This document shows positions 1 to 8,836 of a stretch of 64,000 bases of DNA, piece by piece (position 1 is the first letter of the stretch; every line of letters begins with the position of its first letter). Where the stretch lies: the NCBI GenBank assembly GCA_944329195.1, contig CALVHX010000001.1, forward strand, positions 3,562 to 67,561. The letters are read 5' to 3'. The stretch comes from an uncultured Bacilli bacterium (GTDB lineage: Bacteria > Bacillota_I > Bacilli_A > RF39 > UBA660). A model generated the notes under the pieces. That model saw nothing but the letters and a program-made list of their open reading frames with translations. It searched no databases and was not told the DNA's origin. The position numbers and the translations under genes were made by a program.

Positions 1-582
1 AATAAATTTTCTACGTATGCTACTTGGTGGATAAGACAAGCTATTACAAGAAGTATTTCCGACAAATCATCTCTTGTTCGAATTCCAGTACATATTGGTG
101 AAACTTTAAAAAGATATGAGAGAGCTCAAAGACAACTGTCCGCGGTATTGGGTAGAGATCCTTCAAATAAGGAAATTGCAGATTTTTTAAAGATGAATAT
201 AGAAACAATAAATGAAATAAGCAAATTATCCGCAATGAGCCTTCCTTTATCTTTAGAAACTCCTTCTTCGCAAGACGATGGATCCAAAACAATTGGAGAC
301 TTTATTCCGGCAAATACACCAGATCCAGAAGAAGTAACTATAAAAAGACTAAAGACAGAACGTTTGATAAAAGAGTTAAATAAATTAGATCCTAAATATA
401 GATATATTCTAGAGGCAAGATTTGGTATTAACGATGAAGAGCCAAAAACATTGAATGAAATTGGAGAACAATTGGGAATTACTAGAGAACGGGTAAGACA
501 AATTATAAATAAATCTATAAGAATACTTAAAAGAAGATTAGAAACAAACGGCTCTTTGTTAGATAGAGGTGTTAGAAAATAA
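1..582 (+). CDS. rpoD: RNA polymerase sigma-70 factor (SigA/RpoD), 5'-truncated at window edge
   Basis: Frame 1 is open from base 1 (NKFSTYATWWIRQAITRSISDKSSLVRIPVHIGE... = sigma-70 region 2.4/3). The C-terminal LNEIGEQLGITRERVRQI is the region 4 helix-turn-helix. Confidence 0.8.
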   Translation, partial: NKFSTYATWWIRQAITRSISDKSSLVRIPVHIGETLKRYERAQRQLSAVLGRDPSNKEIADFLKMNIETINEISKLSAMSLPLSLETPSSQDDGSKTIGDFIPANTPDPEEVTIKRLKTERLIKELNKLDPKYRYILEARFGINDEEPKTLNEIGEQLGITRERVRQIINKSIRILKRRLETNGSLLDRGVRK

Positions 583-585
583 TTT

Positions 586-640
586 GATACAGACGATTTT
601 GTTTTGTATCTTTTTCTTTTGTTTTGTATCTTTTTCTTTT
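586..640 (+). terminator. rho-independent terminator after rpoD, overlapping a 2x 20-bp tandem direct repeat (gttttgtatctttttctttt at 601-620 and 621-640)
   Basis: Inverted repeat GATACA(586-591)...TGTATC(605-610) followed by a T-rich run. The 20-mer is exactly duplicated. Confidence 0.45.
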
Positions 641-695
641 GTTATTTTCAAAATTTAATAAAAGTGATATAATTAACTAGGAAATGAGGAATAAT

Positions 696-1457
696 ATGTT
701 AGTAATAAAAAACCTTAATGTGACTGCAAATAATAAGAAAATACTTAATGATTTTAATTTAACTATTAATGATGGAGAAATACATGCTATTATGGGACCT
801 AATGGTGTTGGAAAGTCAACTTTATCAAGAGTTATGATGGGAGACGCTAATTATGAAATCACTTCTGGAGAAATGTACTTTAATAATGATAATTTACTTC
901 CTTTATCAACTGACGAAAGAGCAAAAAAGGGAATCTTTTTAGCTATGCAATATCCTATGGAAATTGAAGGAGTATCTAATCAAGATTTTTTAAGAACCGC
1001 TATTTCCTCTATTAATAATAAGAGAATTGGTTTATATGACTTTATTTTAAAATGTGAAAAAGGCGCAGAAGAATTATCGATGAATAAAGAGTTGATTCAT
1101 AGAAATTTAAATGTTGGATTTTCTGGAGGAGAAAAGAAGAAAAATGAAGTTTTACAGATTAAATTGTTAATGCCAAAATTTATTATTTTGGATGAGCTAG
1201 ACTCCGGACTTGATGTTGATAATTTGAAAATTGTAGGAGAAAACATAAAAAAATATAAAGATGATAATAAAAATACATCTATCTTGATAATTACGCACCA
1301 TCCTAAAATTTTAGAGTACTTGAATCCCGACTATGTACATATAATGGAAAATGGTAAAATTACTAAATCTGGTGATTATAATCTTGCTATAGAAATAGAA
1401 AAATTTGGATATGTAAATAGGGATAAAGACTTAACTGAAGAGGAAAAATATGAATAA
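696..1457 (+). CDS. sufC: Fe-S cluster assembly ATPase SufC
   Basis: MLVIKNLNV...GPNGVGKSTLS Walker A, ABC signature FSGGEKKK, ILDELDSGLD Walker B. The first ATG at 684 lacks RBS spacing, so 696 is the preferred start. Confidence 0.85.
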   Translation: MLVIKNLNVTANNKKILNDFNLTINDGEIHAIMGPNGVGKSTLSRVMMGDANYEITSGEMYFNNDNLLPLSTDERAKKGIFLAMQYPMEIEGVSNQDFLRTAISSINNKRIGLYDFILKCEKGAEELSMNKELIHRNLNVGFSGGEKKKNEVLQIKLLMPKFIILDELDSGLDVDNLKIVGENIKKYKDDNKNTSILIITHHPKILEYLNPDYVHIMENGKITKSGDYNLAIEIEKFGYVNRDKDLTEEEKYE

Positions 1458-2217
1458 AATAAATGTAGTAAACAACATGATTATTCCTTTTATTGACAAT
1501 AATGTCATTATTAATGGTAATTCTGTTGATTTTTTAGGTAATGGCGACTATTTTATCGAGTATATTGAATGCGATAATGTAGAAATTGAATTTAATATTA
1601 AAAGTAATGTTTGTATTCAATTATTTGAATTTTCAGGTAACAAAGATCTTTCTATTAATGTTAAGTATAGCTTAAACGATAACTCTTCGATAATTGTAAA
1701 TAAATTTTATGGAAATAGAAATACTGACGAGACTGTCAATATTTATTTAAAAGGGAGCAAAGCTAATATTAAATATAATTTTTCAAGTATTAGTAGTAAT
1801 GCTGATAACTATTTGATTAATATTTATCATTTAGATAATAGAACTAAATCTGATATTTTCAATAGAACTGTTGCTAAAGAGGGAAGCTCTAACTTCTTTG
1901 ATATTAATAGTTATGTCGAAAATGGTATTTACGATTGTTATTTAAATCAAAGCACAAAAATAGCCACCCTTGGTGAATCAAATAATAGAATTAATCCTAA
2001 TATGTTTATCAGTGAGAATAGTACTACCGCTATTCACTCGTCTGTTATTGGTAGTATTAGCGGAGATGATCTATTTTACCTGATGTCAAGAGGAATTACT
2101 TATGATGATGCCATTAATTTGATTATTAAAGGAATGCTTCTTTCAAATATTAACAACAATATGGAAATTAGGGAAAAAATTCTTAAAATTTTAGAAAATA
2201 GGGAGGTGAATAGATGA
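1450..2217 (+). CDS. sufD: short SufD/SufB-family Fe-S assembly protein (255 aa, C-terminal SufBD domain only)
   Basis: C-terminal GDDLFYLMSRGITYDDAINLIIKGML motif typical of SufB/SufD. Translationally coupled between sufC and sufS. Confidence 0.6.
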   Translation: MNKINVVNNMIIPFIDNNVIINGNSVDFLGNGDYFIEYIECDNVEIEFNIKSNVCIQLFEFSGNKDLSINVKYSLNDNSSIIVNKFYGNRNTDETVNIYLKGSKANIKYNFSSISSNADNYLINIYHLDNRTKSDIFNRTVAKEGSSNFFDINSYVENGIYDCYLNQSTKIATLGESNNRINPNMFISENSTTAIHSSVIGSISGDDLFYLMSRGITYDDAINLIIKGMLLSNINNNMEIREKILKILENREVNR

Positions 2218-3410
2218 ACAGAGAAGACTTTGAAATATTACGTAATGGGATTATATATTTCGATAATGGAGCTACTACTTTAAAACCAAAATGTGTACGA
2301 GACGCTATAATCAAATACTATGATGAATATTCTGCCAATGCACACAGAGGTGATTATAAGATAAGTAGTATTGTCGATAGTTTATATGAAGAAACTAGGG
2401 AAAAAGTAAAAAATTTAATTGGAGCTAAAGAAAGCTCTGAAATTGTCTTTACTAGTGGTACCACTAATAGCATGAATATGATTGTTTTTGGATTCTTTAA
2501 GAATTATTTAAAAAAAGATGACGAAGTTTTAATTACTTTAAGTGAACATGCCGCAAATATTATACCTTGGTTTATTTTACAAAAAGAAATTGGTATTAAA
2601 GTAAAATATATTGATTTGGATGACAACTACGAAGTTTCAATAAAAAATTTCGAGAAAGCGATTAGTGATAAAACGAGAGTTGTATCTCTTGCACATATTA
2701 CTAACGTTGTTGGCGATGAAAGACCTATTAGAGAAATTAGCAAAATTGCTCATAATAATAATATTTTGGTTGTTGTTGATGCTGCACAATCGATTGCCCA
2801 TAAAAAAATTGATGTTCAAAATGATGATATTGATTTTTTGGCTTTTTCTGGCCATAAAATGTATGGTCCTACGGGAATAGGTGTATTATATGGAAAGTTC
2901 GATTTGCTTGATAAGATGACTCCTATTAATTATGGTGGTGGAATGAACGCTATGTTTACAAAGGATGGTTATGTCGAACTAAGAGAAATTCCTACGAGAC
3001 TTGAAGGCGGAACCCCTAATATTGAAGGAGTATTAGGTCTTAATGCTGCTATTTCTTTTATCGAAGATATTGGACTAGATGTAATTAATACTTACGAAAA
3101 AAAATTAAGAAACTATTTGATAAATGAATTATCAAAATTAGATTTTATTGAATTATATAATAAAAATGTCAATTCTAACATTGTTGTCTTTAATATTAAA
3201 GGAGTATTTGCTCAAGATACAGCTATATATTTGGATAAGTACAACATATGTGTAAGAGCGGGCAATCATTGTGCAAAAATTCTCGATAGCATCTTTAAAG
3301 TGGGTAATACGGTAAGAATTAGTCTCAGCTTCTATAATAGTAAAGAAGAGGTCGATTTACTCATAAATGTTCTTAAAAATAGTGAAAATATATGGAAGGA
3401 AATAATATAA
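2214..3410 (+). CDS. sufS: cysteine desulfurase SufS (class V aminotransferase)
   Basis: PLP lysine motif SGHKMYGPTGIGVLYG and active-site RAGNHCA. Start overlaps the sufD stop. Confidence 0.85.
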   Translation: MNREDFEILRNGIIYFDNGATTLKPKCVRDAIIKYYDEYSANAHRGDYKISSIVDSLYEETREKVKNLIGAKESSEIVFTSGTTNSMNMIVFGFFKNYLKKDDEVLITLSEHAANIIPWFILQKEIGIKVKYIDLDDNYEVSIKNFEKAISDKTRVVSLAHITNVVGDERPIREISKIAHNNNILVVVDAAQSIAHKKIDVQNDDIDFLAFSGHKMYGPTGIGVLYGKFDLLDKMTPINYGGGMNAMFTKDGYVELREIPTRLEGGTPNIEGVLGLNAAISFIEDIGLDVINTYEKKLRNYLINELSKLDFIELYNKNVNSNIVVFNIKGVFAQDTAIYLDKYNICVRAGNHCAKILDSIFKVGNTVRISLSFYNSKEEVDLLINVLKNSENIWKEII

Positions 3411-3832
3411 TGGATAAAGATATTAAAAGAAGTATTATTTTAGATAATTATCAAAATCCCAATAAAAAGAAAACGAGTGGTGATGATTATATTAAAATTA
3501 ATACAAGAAATGTCAGTTGTATCGATAACTTGGATATTTATTTGAAAGTTAAAAATGGTATTGTCGAAGATGCTACATTTGAAGGAGAAGCTTGTGTTAT
3601 TAGTATATCATCTACTAATATTCTTATTAATCTAATTGTGGGAAAAAATAAAAATGAAGCTATTAACATTATTGATAATTATCTAAAAATGATAAATGAA
3701 GAAGATTACGATAAAGATTTGTTAAAAGAACTTAATGTTTTTGATGATACTGGTAGACAACCATCGCGAATTAAATGTGCTACATTAAGTGCATGTGGGA
3801 TAAGAGATTTCTTGAGTAAAGATAATCACTAA
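3410..3832 (+). CDS. sufU: Fe-S cluster scaffold SufU/IscU-like
   Basis: MDKDIKRSIILDNYQNP, GEACVISISS and the C-terminal RIKCATLSACG cysteine motifs. RBS GGAAGGA lies 8 nt upstream of ATG 3410 (alternative ATG at 3392). Confidence 0.75.
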   Translation: MDKDIKRSIILDNYQNPNKKKTSGDDYIKINTRNVSCIDNLDIYLKVKNGIVEDATFEGEACVISISSTNILINLIVGKNKNEAINIIDNYLKMINEEDYDKDLLKELNVFDDTGRQPSRIKCATLSACGIRDFLSKDNH

Positions 3833-3991
3833 AATTCTAAAAGTGGTTATCTTTTATTCTTTTTTATCAACTTTTTTGTAATTTAAAGGTGTAAATATTT
3901 TATATCTAATTTTATTTGTAAAACTTATGTAAAAATATTTAATTTAGTTTTTTTTTTTGATAGAATAATAGTTAGGAAGTTTGGTGGTAGC

Positions 3992-6900
3992 ATGCAGGAA
4001 AAAATGAAAAAATTACTCGATCAGATTGGAATGAAAAACGATTTTCTAGAAAATAGTGATATTAAAAAAGTTTTTGTTTATGATAGTGATAAAACGTGGC
4101 ATTTCATAATAGAAAATGATGCTATTTTACCTCTTCATATCTATAATGAATTTTTAGATAAACTTAAATGTACATTTAGCGAGGTTAAAGAAATTAGACT
4201 TACTATCGTAGTAAGTAATGTTGATGATAAATACTTAGATGATTATTTTAGCATGCTTATAAATAAATTTAGTAATGAAAGTTATAAATATAGAGTCTTT
4301 TTGGATAGAACACTAAAAGTCACAGATAGTTGTTATGTATTTGAAGTTGATAATAAGGCTGAATATTCTTACTTGATAGAAAAAATTGAATATATTAATT
4401 CTCATTTACGTGATTTTGGATTTAATAAAAAAATTGAAATTGTCATAACTACAGATAGAGAGAAGGAATTACTTAATAGAATCGAAAGTGAAAAGATAAT
4501 GGAAATTCCTAATTCTTCTTTAGAAAGAAGTGTTAAGAATGAAATGAAAAAAGATGAAAAAAAGAGTTTTAGGCCTAAAAAAGATACTAGTGTTACTCCT
4601 ATTAAAGATATTTTATATGAGGTTGATAATATTACTATTGAAGGAATGATATTTGGAATAGAGATGTTTGAAGCAAAAAGTGGCTATAAAATTATTACAA
4701 TAAAAGTTACAGATAATAGTGATAGTATTTATGTCAAAATGTTTACTAAAGATGATGAAGAATATGCCATGATAAAGAAATTATTAAAAGAAGGCTCTTG
4801 GTATAACTTTTATGGGAAAGTGCAAATGGATAGATTTGCTAATGAACTTACTTTCACTACTAGGTATAAAGATGTTGAAAGAATTGAAGGCCCTCCTGTT
4901 CAGAAAATTGAAGATAACGAAGAAGTTAAAAGGGTCGAACTTCATGCTCATACAATGATGAGTCAAATGGATGGTATTACTAAAATAGACCTAAATAAAC
5001 ATACATGTGAACTAGTAAGTAAATGTATTGAAATGGGTTATAAAGGTGTTGCTATTACTGATCATAATGGTTGTCAGGCATTTCCTATCGCCTATGGTAT
5101 TATTTCTTCTTATAATAAAAAACAAGATGATCCTAGTAAGAAATTCAAAGGACTTTACGGTACTGAACTTACTTTGGTAGATGATACCGTAAACATTGTT
5201 ATTAGACCTGATGATAGAGATCTTGCTTCTTCGACATATGTAGTATTTGATACTGAAACTACTGGATTTAATGCCGGTGGTGGAGATGTTATGATTGAAA
5301 TAGGAGCTGTTAAAATTAAAGAAGGGAATATTATTGATAGATTTGATGAACTTATTGATCCTAAAAGACATATCCCAGATAGAATAACGGAGCTTACTTG
5401 TATTACTGATGAGATGGTTAAAGGAAAGGATGACGAAGAGACTGTAACAAAAAAGTTTTTGAAATGGGCCGGAGATTGTCCTATGGTTGCTCACAATGCG
5501 AAATTTGATATTTCTTTTATAGAAATGGCTATGAAAAAATATGATTTGGGAGAATTTAATAATACTGTTATCGATACTTTAGAACTTTCTAGAGCAATCG
5601 ATACGGGATATGCTAGACACAGTTTATCTGCTCTTGTTAAAAGATACAATGTTCCATGGGATGAAGATGCTCATCATAGAGCAGACTATGACGCCGAAGG
5701 AACCGCTCAAGTATTTTATAAGATGATTAGTAAGCTTACGATGCAAAATTTTAATAAAATAAGTGACTTAGATAAATTGATTTCAAAAGATGAAATATAC
5801 AAATTTGGTAGAACATATCATTTTAATGCCATTGCTTTAAATAAAAAAGGTCTTAAGAACTTATTTAAAATAATATCACTTGCTAATACTACCTATCTTT
5901 ATAAAACACCTAGAATACTTAGAAGTAAACTTAATGAACTTCGTGAGGGTCTTTTAATTAGTAGTGGCTGCTACGAAAGTGAAGTATTTATTGAAAGTAG
6001 AAGCAAAGAAGGAGAAGAGCTTACTAATATTATTAATTTTTATGATTTTGTTGAAGTACAGCCTCCAGAAGTTTATAATCATTTGATTCAAACTAGCGAT
6101 TTTAAAAATGAGGATGAACTTAAGGCGCATATTAAAAAAATTATTAATGCCACAAAAGAAGCTGGAAAAATTATTGTCGCTACTGGCGATGTGCATCATT
6201 TTAGAAAAGAAGATAAAATATATAGAGAGATTATTGTCAATCAAAAAGTTCCTGGTGGCGGAAGGCATCCTTTAGCAAAAAGTAGTATTACTAATATTCC
6301 ATCTCAACATTTTAGAACTACTAGAGAAATGCTAAATGATTTTGCATTTTTAGGAGAGGAATTAGCTTACGAAATTGTTGTCAGTAATACTAATAAAGTT
6401 TTAGAGATGGCTGATGAGATTGAAGTTATTATTGATACTGGTGGTATTCCTTTTTCTCCAAGGATTAAAAGTGATGATGGAAAATCCTATCTAGATTGTC
6501 CAAGTGTTGTTACTGACCTGGTATTTGCTAAAGCTAAAGATTGGTATGGCGAAAATTTACCACATAATATTGAGGAAAGAATTGCTACAGAATTATATGG
6601 AAATATTGTGTATAAATGTTGGGAAGAAAAGATTAAGGAAGAATATTCTGATCTTTCTACAAGTGAACTAGAAGAAAAATTATTTGAAAATTTACATAAA
6701 ACATTGGTAGAAGGATTTGATTGTGTTAAAGGTTTAGTAAAAGAATATGTTAAAAAACATTGGAGTGAAGAAGATGGCTTACTAGAAGATGAAACTATCG
6801 ATAAAAAAGTTAAAAAAGAACTTGGTGGTATTATTGGCGGTGGATTTGATCCGATATATTTGATTGCACAAAGATTGGTTAAACATTCTAACGATGATGG

Positions 6901-8614
6901 ATATTTAGTTGGTTCTAGAGGGAGTGTCGGTAGTAGTTTTGTTGCCACTATGATGGGAATTACTGAAGTTAATCCCCTTCCTGCCCACTATAGATGTCTG
7001 AACTGTAAAGCAAGTATCTTTAAAGATGAAAATGGAAAAGATTTGGGTGCTACTTATTCATGCGGATTTGACTTACCAGATAAGAAATGTCCTAATTGTG
7101 GCAGTGATCTTTATAAGGATGGACAAGATATGCCTTTTGCTACATTTCTGGGATTTAATGCTGATAAAGTTCCTGATATTGATCTTAACTTTTCTGCTTT
7201 GAATCAAGCTTCTGCACATGAATATACAAAAGTGTTGTTTGGCGTAGATAATGTTTATAGGGCGGGAACTATTGGTACTGTTGCAGAAAAAACTGCTTTT
7301 GGTTTTGTCAAGGGATATTTCGAAGATAAAGGAATTACTAACAAAAGAAATTGCGAGATAGAAAGATTGGCAATAGGTTGTACTGGAGTTAAAAGGACAA
7401 CTGGACAACATCCTGGCGGTATTGTTGTTGTTCCTGATTATATGGATGTGTTTGATTTTACTCCTTTTCAATTTCCTGCTGAAGATTCTAGTAGTGCATG
7501 GCGAACAACGCATTTTGACTATCATGCTATAGACCAAGATCTATTAAAACTGGATATTTTAGGGCATTCAGATCCAACACAGCTTAGATTGATTCAAGAG
7601 CTTTCTGGTACTGATGTGTTGAAAGTTCCTATGGATGATAAGGATACTATGAGTATTTTTACTTCTACGAAAGTCCTTGGAGTTACTAACGAGCAAATTA
7701 TGTGTGACACTGGTACTCTTGGTATACCTGAATTTGGTACACCATTTACTATTAGTTTAGTATATGAAACTAAACCAACTACCTTTGCTGAACTAATCAA
7801 GATATCTGGTCTTTCTCATGGTACTGATGTGTGGGTCGGCAATGCTCAAGAACTGATTAGAAAAAATATTGTTCCATTTAAAGATGTTATTGGTTGTCGT
7901 GATGATATAATGGTTTATTTAATGTATCGAGGTGTCGAACCAATAAAGGCGTTTAAAATAATGGAATTTGTTCGTAAAGGAAAAGCTAGTAAGGATGCCG
8001 AAACTTGGGCAAAACACAAGGAAACTATGAAAAAAGCGGGTATTGATGATTGGTTTATCGATAGTTGTTATAAGATTAAATATATGTTTCCAAAAGCACA
8101 TGCAGCAGCCTATGTCATTAGCGCATTTAGAATTGCTTGGTATAAAGTGCATATGCCTGTTTACTTTTATGCTAGCTGGTTCTCTACTAAAGCTACTGAT
8201 TTTAATATCGATGTCATGATAAAAGGATATGATGATATTAGGAACGCTCTTATAGAAATAGAAAATAAAGGATTCGAAGCTTCAAACCAAGAAAACGGAG
8301 TATCTGAATGTTTAAAAGTTGCTTTAGAAATGAGTGCTAGAGGAATTAAAATTGCTAAATATGATTTATATAAGAGTAGAGGGATGATATTTACTGTCGA
8401 AAATGATAATACTATTAATCCACCTTTTAAGGCTATTGATGGCTTAGGCGACGTCGTTGCTAAAAATATTGAAAATGAAGCTAAAAAAGCCCCTTTTATT
8501 AGTATTGAAGATTTTCAGACAAGATGTAAAGTATCGCAAACGCTTATTGAAAAAATGCGTTCGATGGGTATTTTTGATGGTATGCCTGAGACTAGTCAGT
8601 TAACTTTATTTTAA
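3992..8614 (+). CDS. polC: DNA polymerase III alpha subunit, PolC type (with 3'-5' exonuclease domain)
   Basis: 1540 aa; PHP domain (HAHTMMSQMDG), DnaQ-like exonuclease (VVFDTETTG...HNAKFDISF), polymerase core and zinc module CLNC...CPNC. Confidence 0.9.
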   Translation: MQEKMKKLLDQIGMKNDFLENSDIKKVFVYDSDKTWHFIIENDAILPLHIYNEFLDKLKCTFSEVKEIRLTIVVSNVDDKYLDDYFSMLINKFSNESYKYRVFLDRTLKVTDSCYVFEVDNKAEYSYLIEKIEYINSHLRDFGFNKKIEIVITTDREKELLNRIESEKIMEIPNSSLERSVKNEMKKDEKKSFRPKKDTSVTPIKDILYEVDNITIEGMIFGIEMFEAKSGYKIITIKVTDNSDSIYVKMFTKDDEEYAMIKKLLKEGSWYNFYGKVQMDRFANELTFTTRYKDVERIEGPPVQKIEDNEEVKRVELHAHTMMSQMDGITKIDLNKHTCELVSKCIEMGYKGVAITDHNGCQAFPIAYGIISSYNKKQDDPSKKFKGLYGTELTLVDDTVNIVIRPDDRDLASSTYVVFDTETTGFNAGGGDVMIEIGAVKIKEGNIIDRFDELIDPKRHIPDRITELTCITDEMVKGKDDEETVTKKFLKWAGDCPMVAHNAKFDISFIEMAMKKYDLGEFNNTVIDTLELSRAIDTGYARHSLSALVKRYNVPWDEDAHHRADYDAEGTAQVFYKMISKLTMQNFNKISDLDKLISKDEIYKFGRTYHFNAIALNKKGLKNLFKIISLANTTYLYKTPRILRSKLNELREGLLISSGCYESEVFIESRSKEGEELTNIINFYDFVEVQPPEVYNHLIQTSDFKNEDELKAHIKKIINATKEAGKIIVATGDVHHFRKEDKIYREIIVNQKVPGGGRHPLAKSSITNIPSQHFRTTREMLNDFAFLGEELAYEIVVSNTNKVLEMADEIEVIIDTGGIPFSPRIKSDDGKSYLDCPSVVTDLVFAKAKDWYGENLPHNIEERIATELYGNIVYKCWEEKIKEEYSDLSTSELEEKLFENLHKTLVEGFDCVKGLVKEYVKKHWSEEDGLLEDETIDKKVKKELGGIIGGGFDPIYLIAQRLVKHSNDDGYLVGSRGSVGSSFVATMMGITEVNPLPAHYRCLNCKASIFKDENGKDLGATYSCGFDLPDKKCPNCGSDLYKDGQDMPFATFLGFNADKVPDIDLNFSALNQASAHEYTKVLFGVDNVYRAGTIGTVAEKTAFGFVKGYFEDKGITNKRNCEIERLAIGCTGVKRTTGQHPGGIVVVPDYMDVFDFTPFQFPAEDSSSAWRTTHFDYHAIDQDLLKLDILGHSDPTQLRLIQELSGTDVLKVPMDDKDTMSIFTSTKVLGVTNEQIMCDTGTLGIPEFGTPFTISLVYETKPTTFAELIKISGLSHGTDVWVGNAQELIRKNIVPFKDVIGCRDDIMVYLMYRGVEPIKAFKIMEFVRKGKASKDAETWAKHKETMKKAGIDDWFIDSCYKIKYMFPKAHAAAYVISAFRIAWYKVHMPVYFYASWFSTKATDFNIDVMIKGYDDIRNALIEIENKGFEASNQENGVSECLKVALEMSARGIKIAKYDLYKSRGMIFTVENDNTINPPFKAIDGLGDVVAKNIENEAKKAPFISIEDFQTRCKVSQTLIEKMRSMGIFDGMPETSQLTLF

Positions 8615-8628
8615 AATATTTCCCAGAT

Positions 8629-8644
8629 TATTTCCCGGGAAATA
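8629..8644. promoter_or_regulatory. NBS-like palindrome TATTTCCCGGGAAATA (copy 1), preceded by a direct half-site TATTTCCC at 8617-8624; 15 bp after the polC stop
   Basis: Exact 16-mer. CCCGGG is otherwise absent from this AT-rich window. Confidence 0.6.
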
Positions 8645-8723
8645 TTTTATTTAAATTAATTTATATTTATTTATGGAACAGTATACATATATTTAATTTA
8701 TCATAAATTAAGAAGGATAAAAT

Positions 8724-8739
8724 TATTTCCCGGGAAATA
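8724..8739. promoter_or_regulatory. NBS-like palindrome (copy 2), within the perfect 22-bp palindrome AATTATTTCCCGGGAAATAATT plus T5; about 100 bp upstream of polA
   Basis: Exact 16-mer TATTTCCCGGGAAATA. Confidence 0.6.
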
Positions 8740-8836
8740 ATTTTTATGATAAATAAAAAATAATTACGTGGTAAGATATGATAAATTGCTTTATTTTAAA
8801 TTTTTTGGTAAAATTGTCATAGAAAGACTTGGTGAT

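Noticed and set aside
4784-8152. Multiple minus-strand ORFs inside polC, and similar antisense ORFs inside polA, mutM, gyrA, metG, mbl, dusB, abgT, ychF and the suf genes
   Set aside because: They are antisense to strongly supported long genes, lack an RBS, and have the Ile/Asn/Phe/Ser-rich composition expected from reading AT-rich DNA out of frame.
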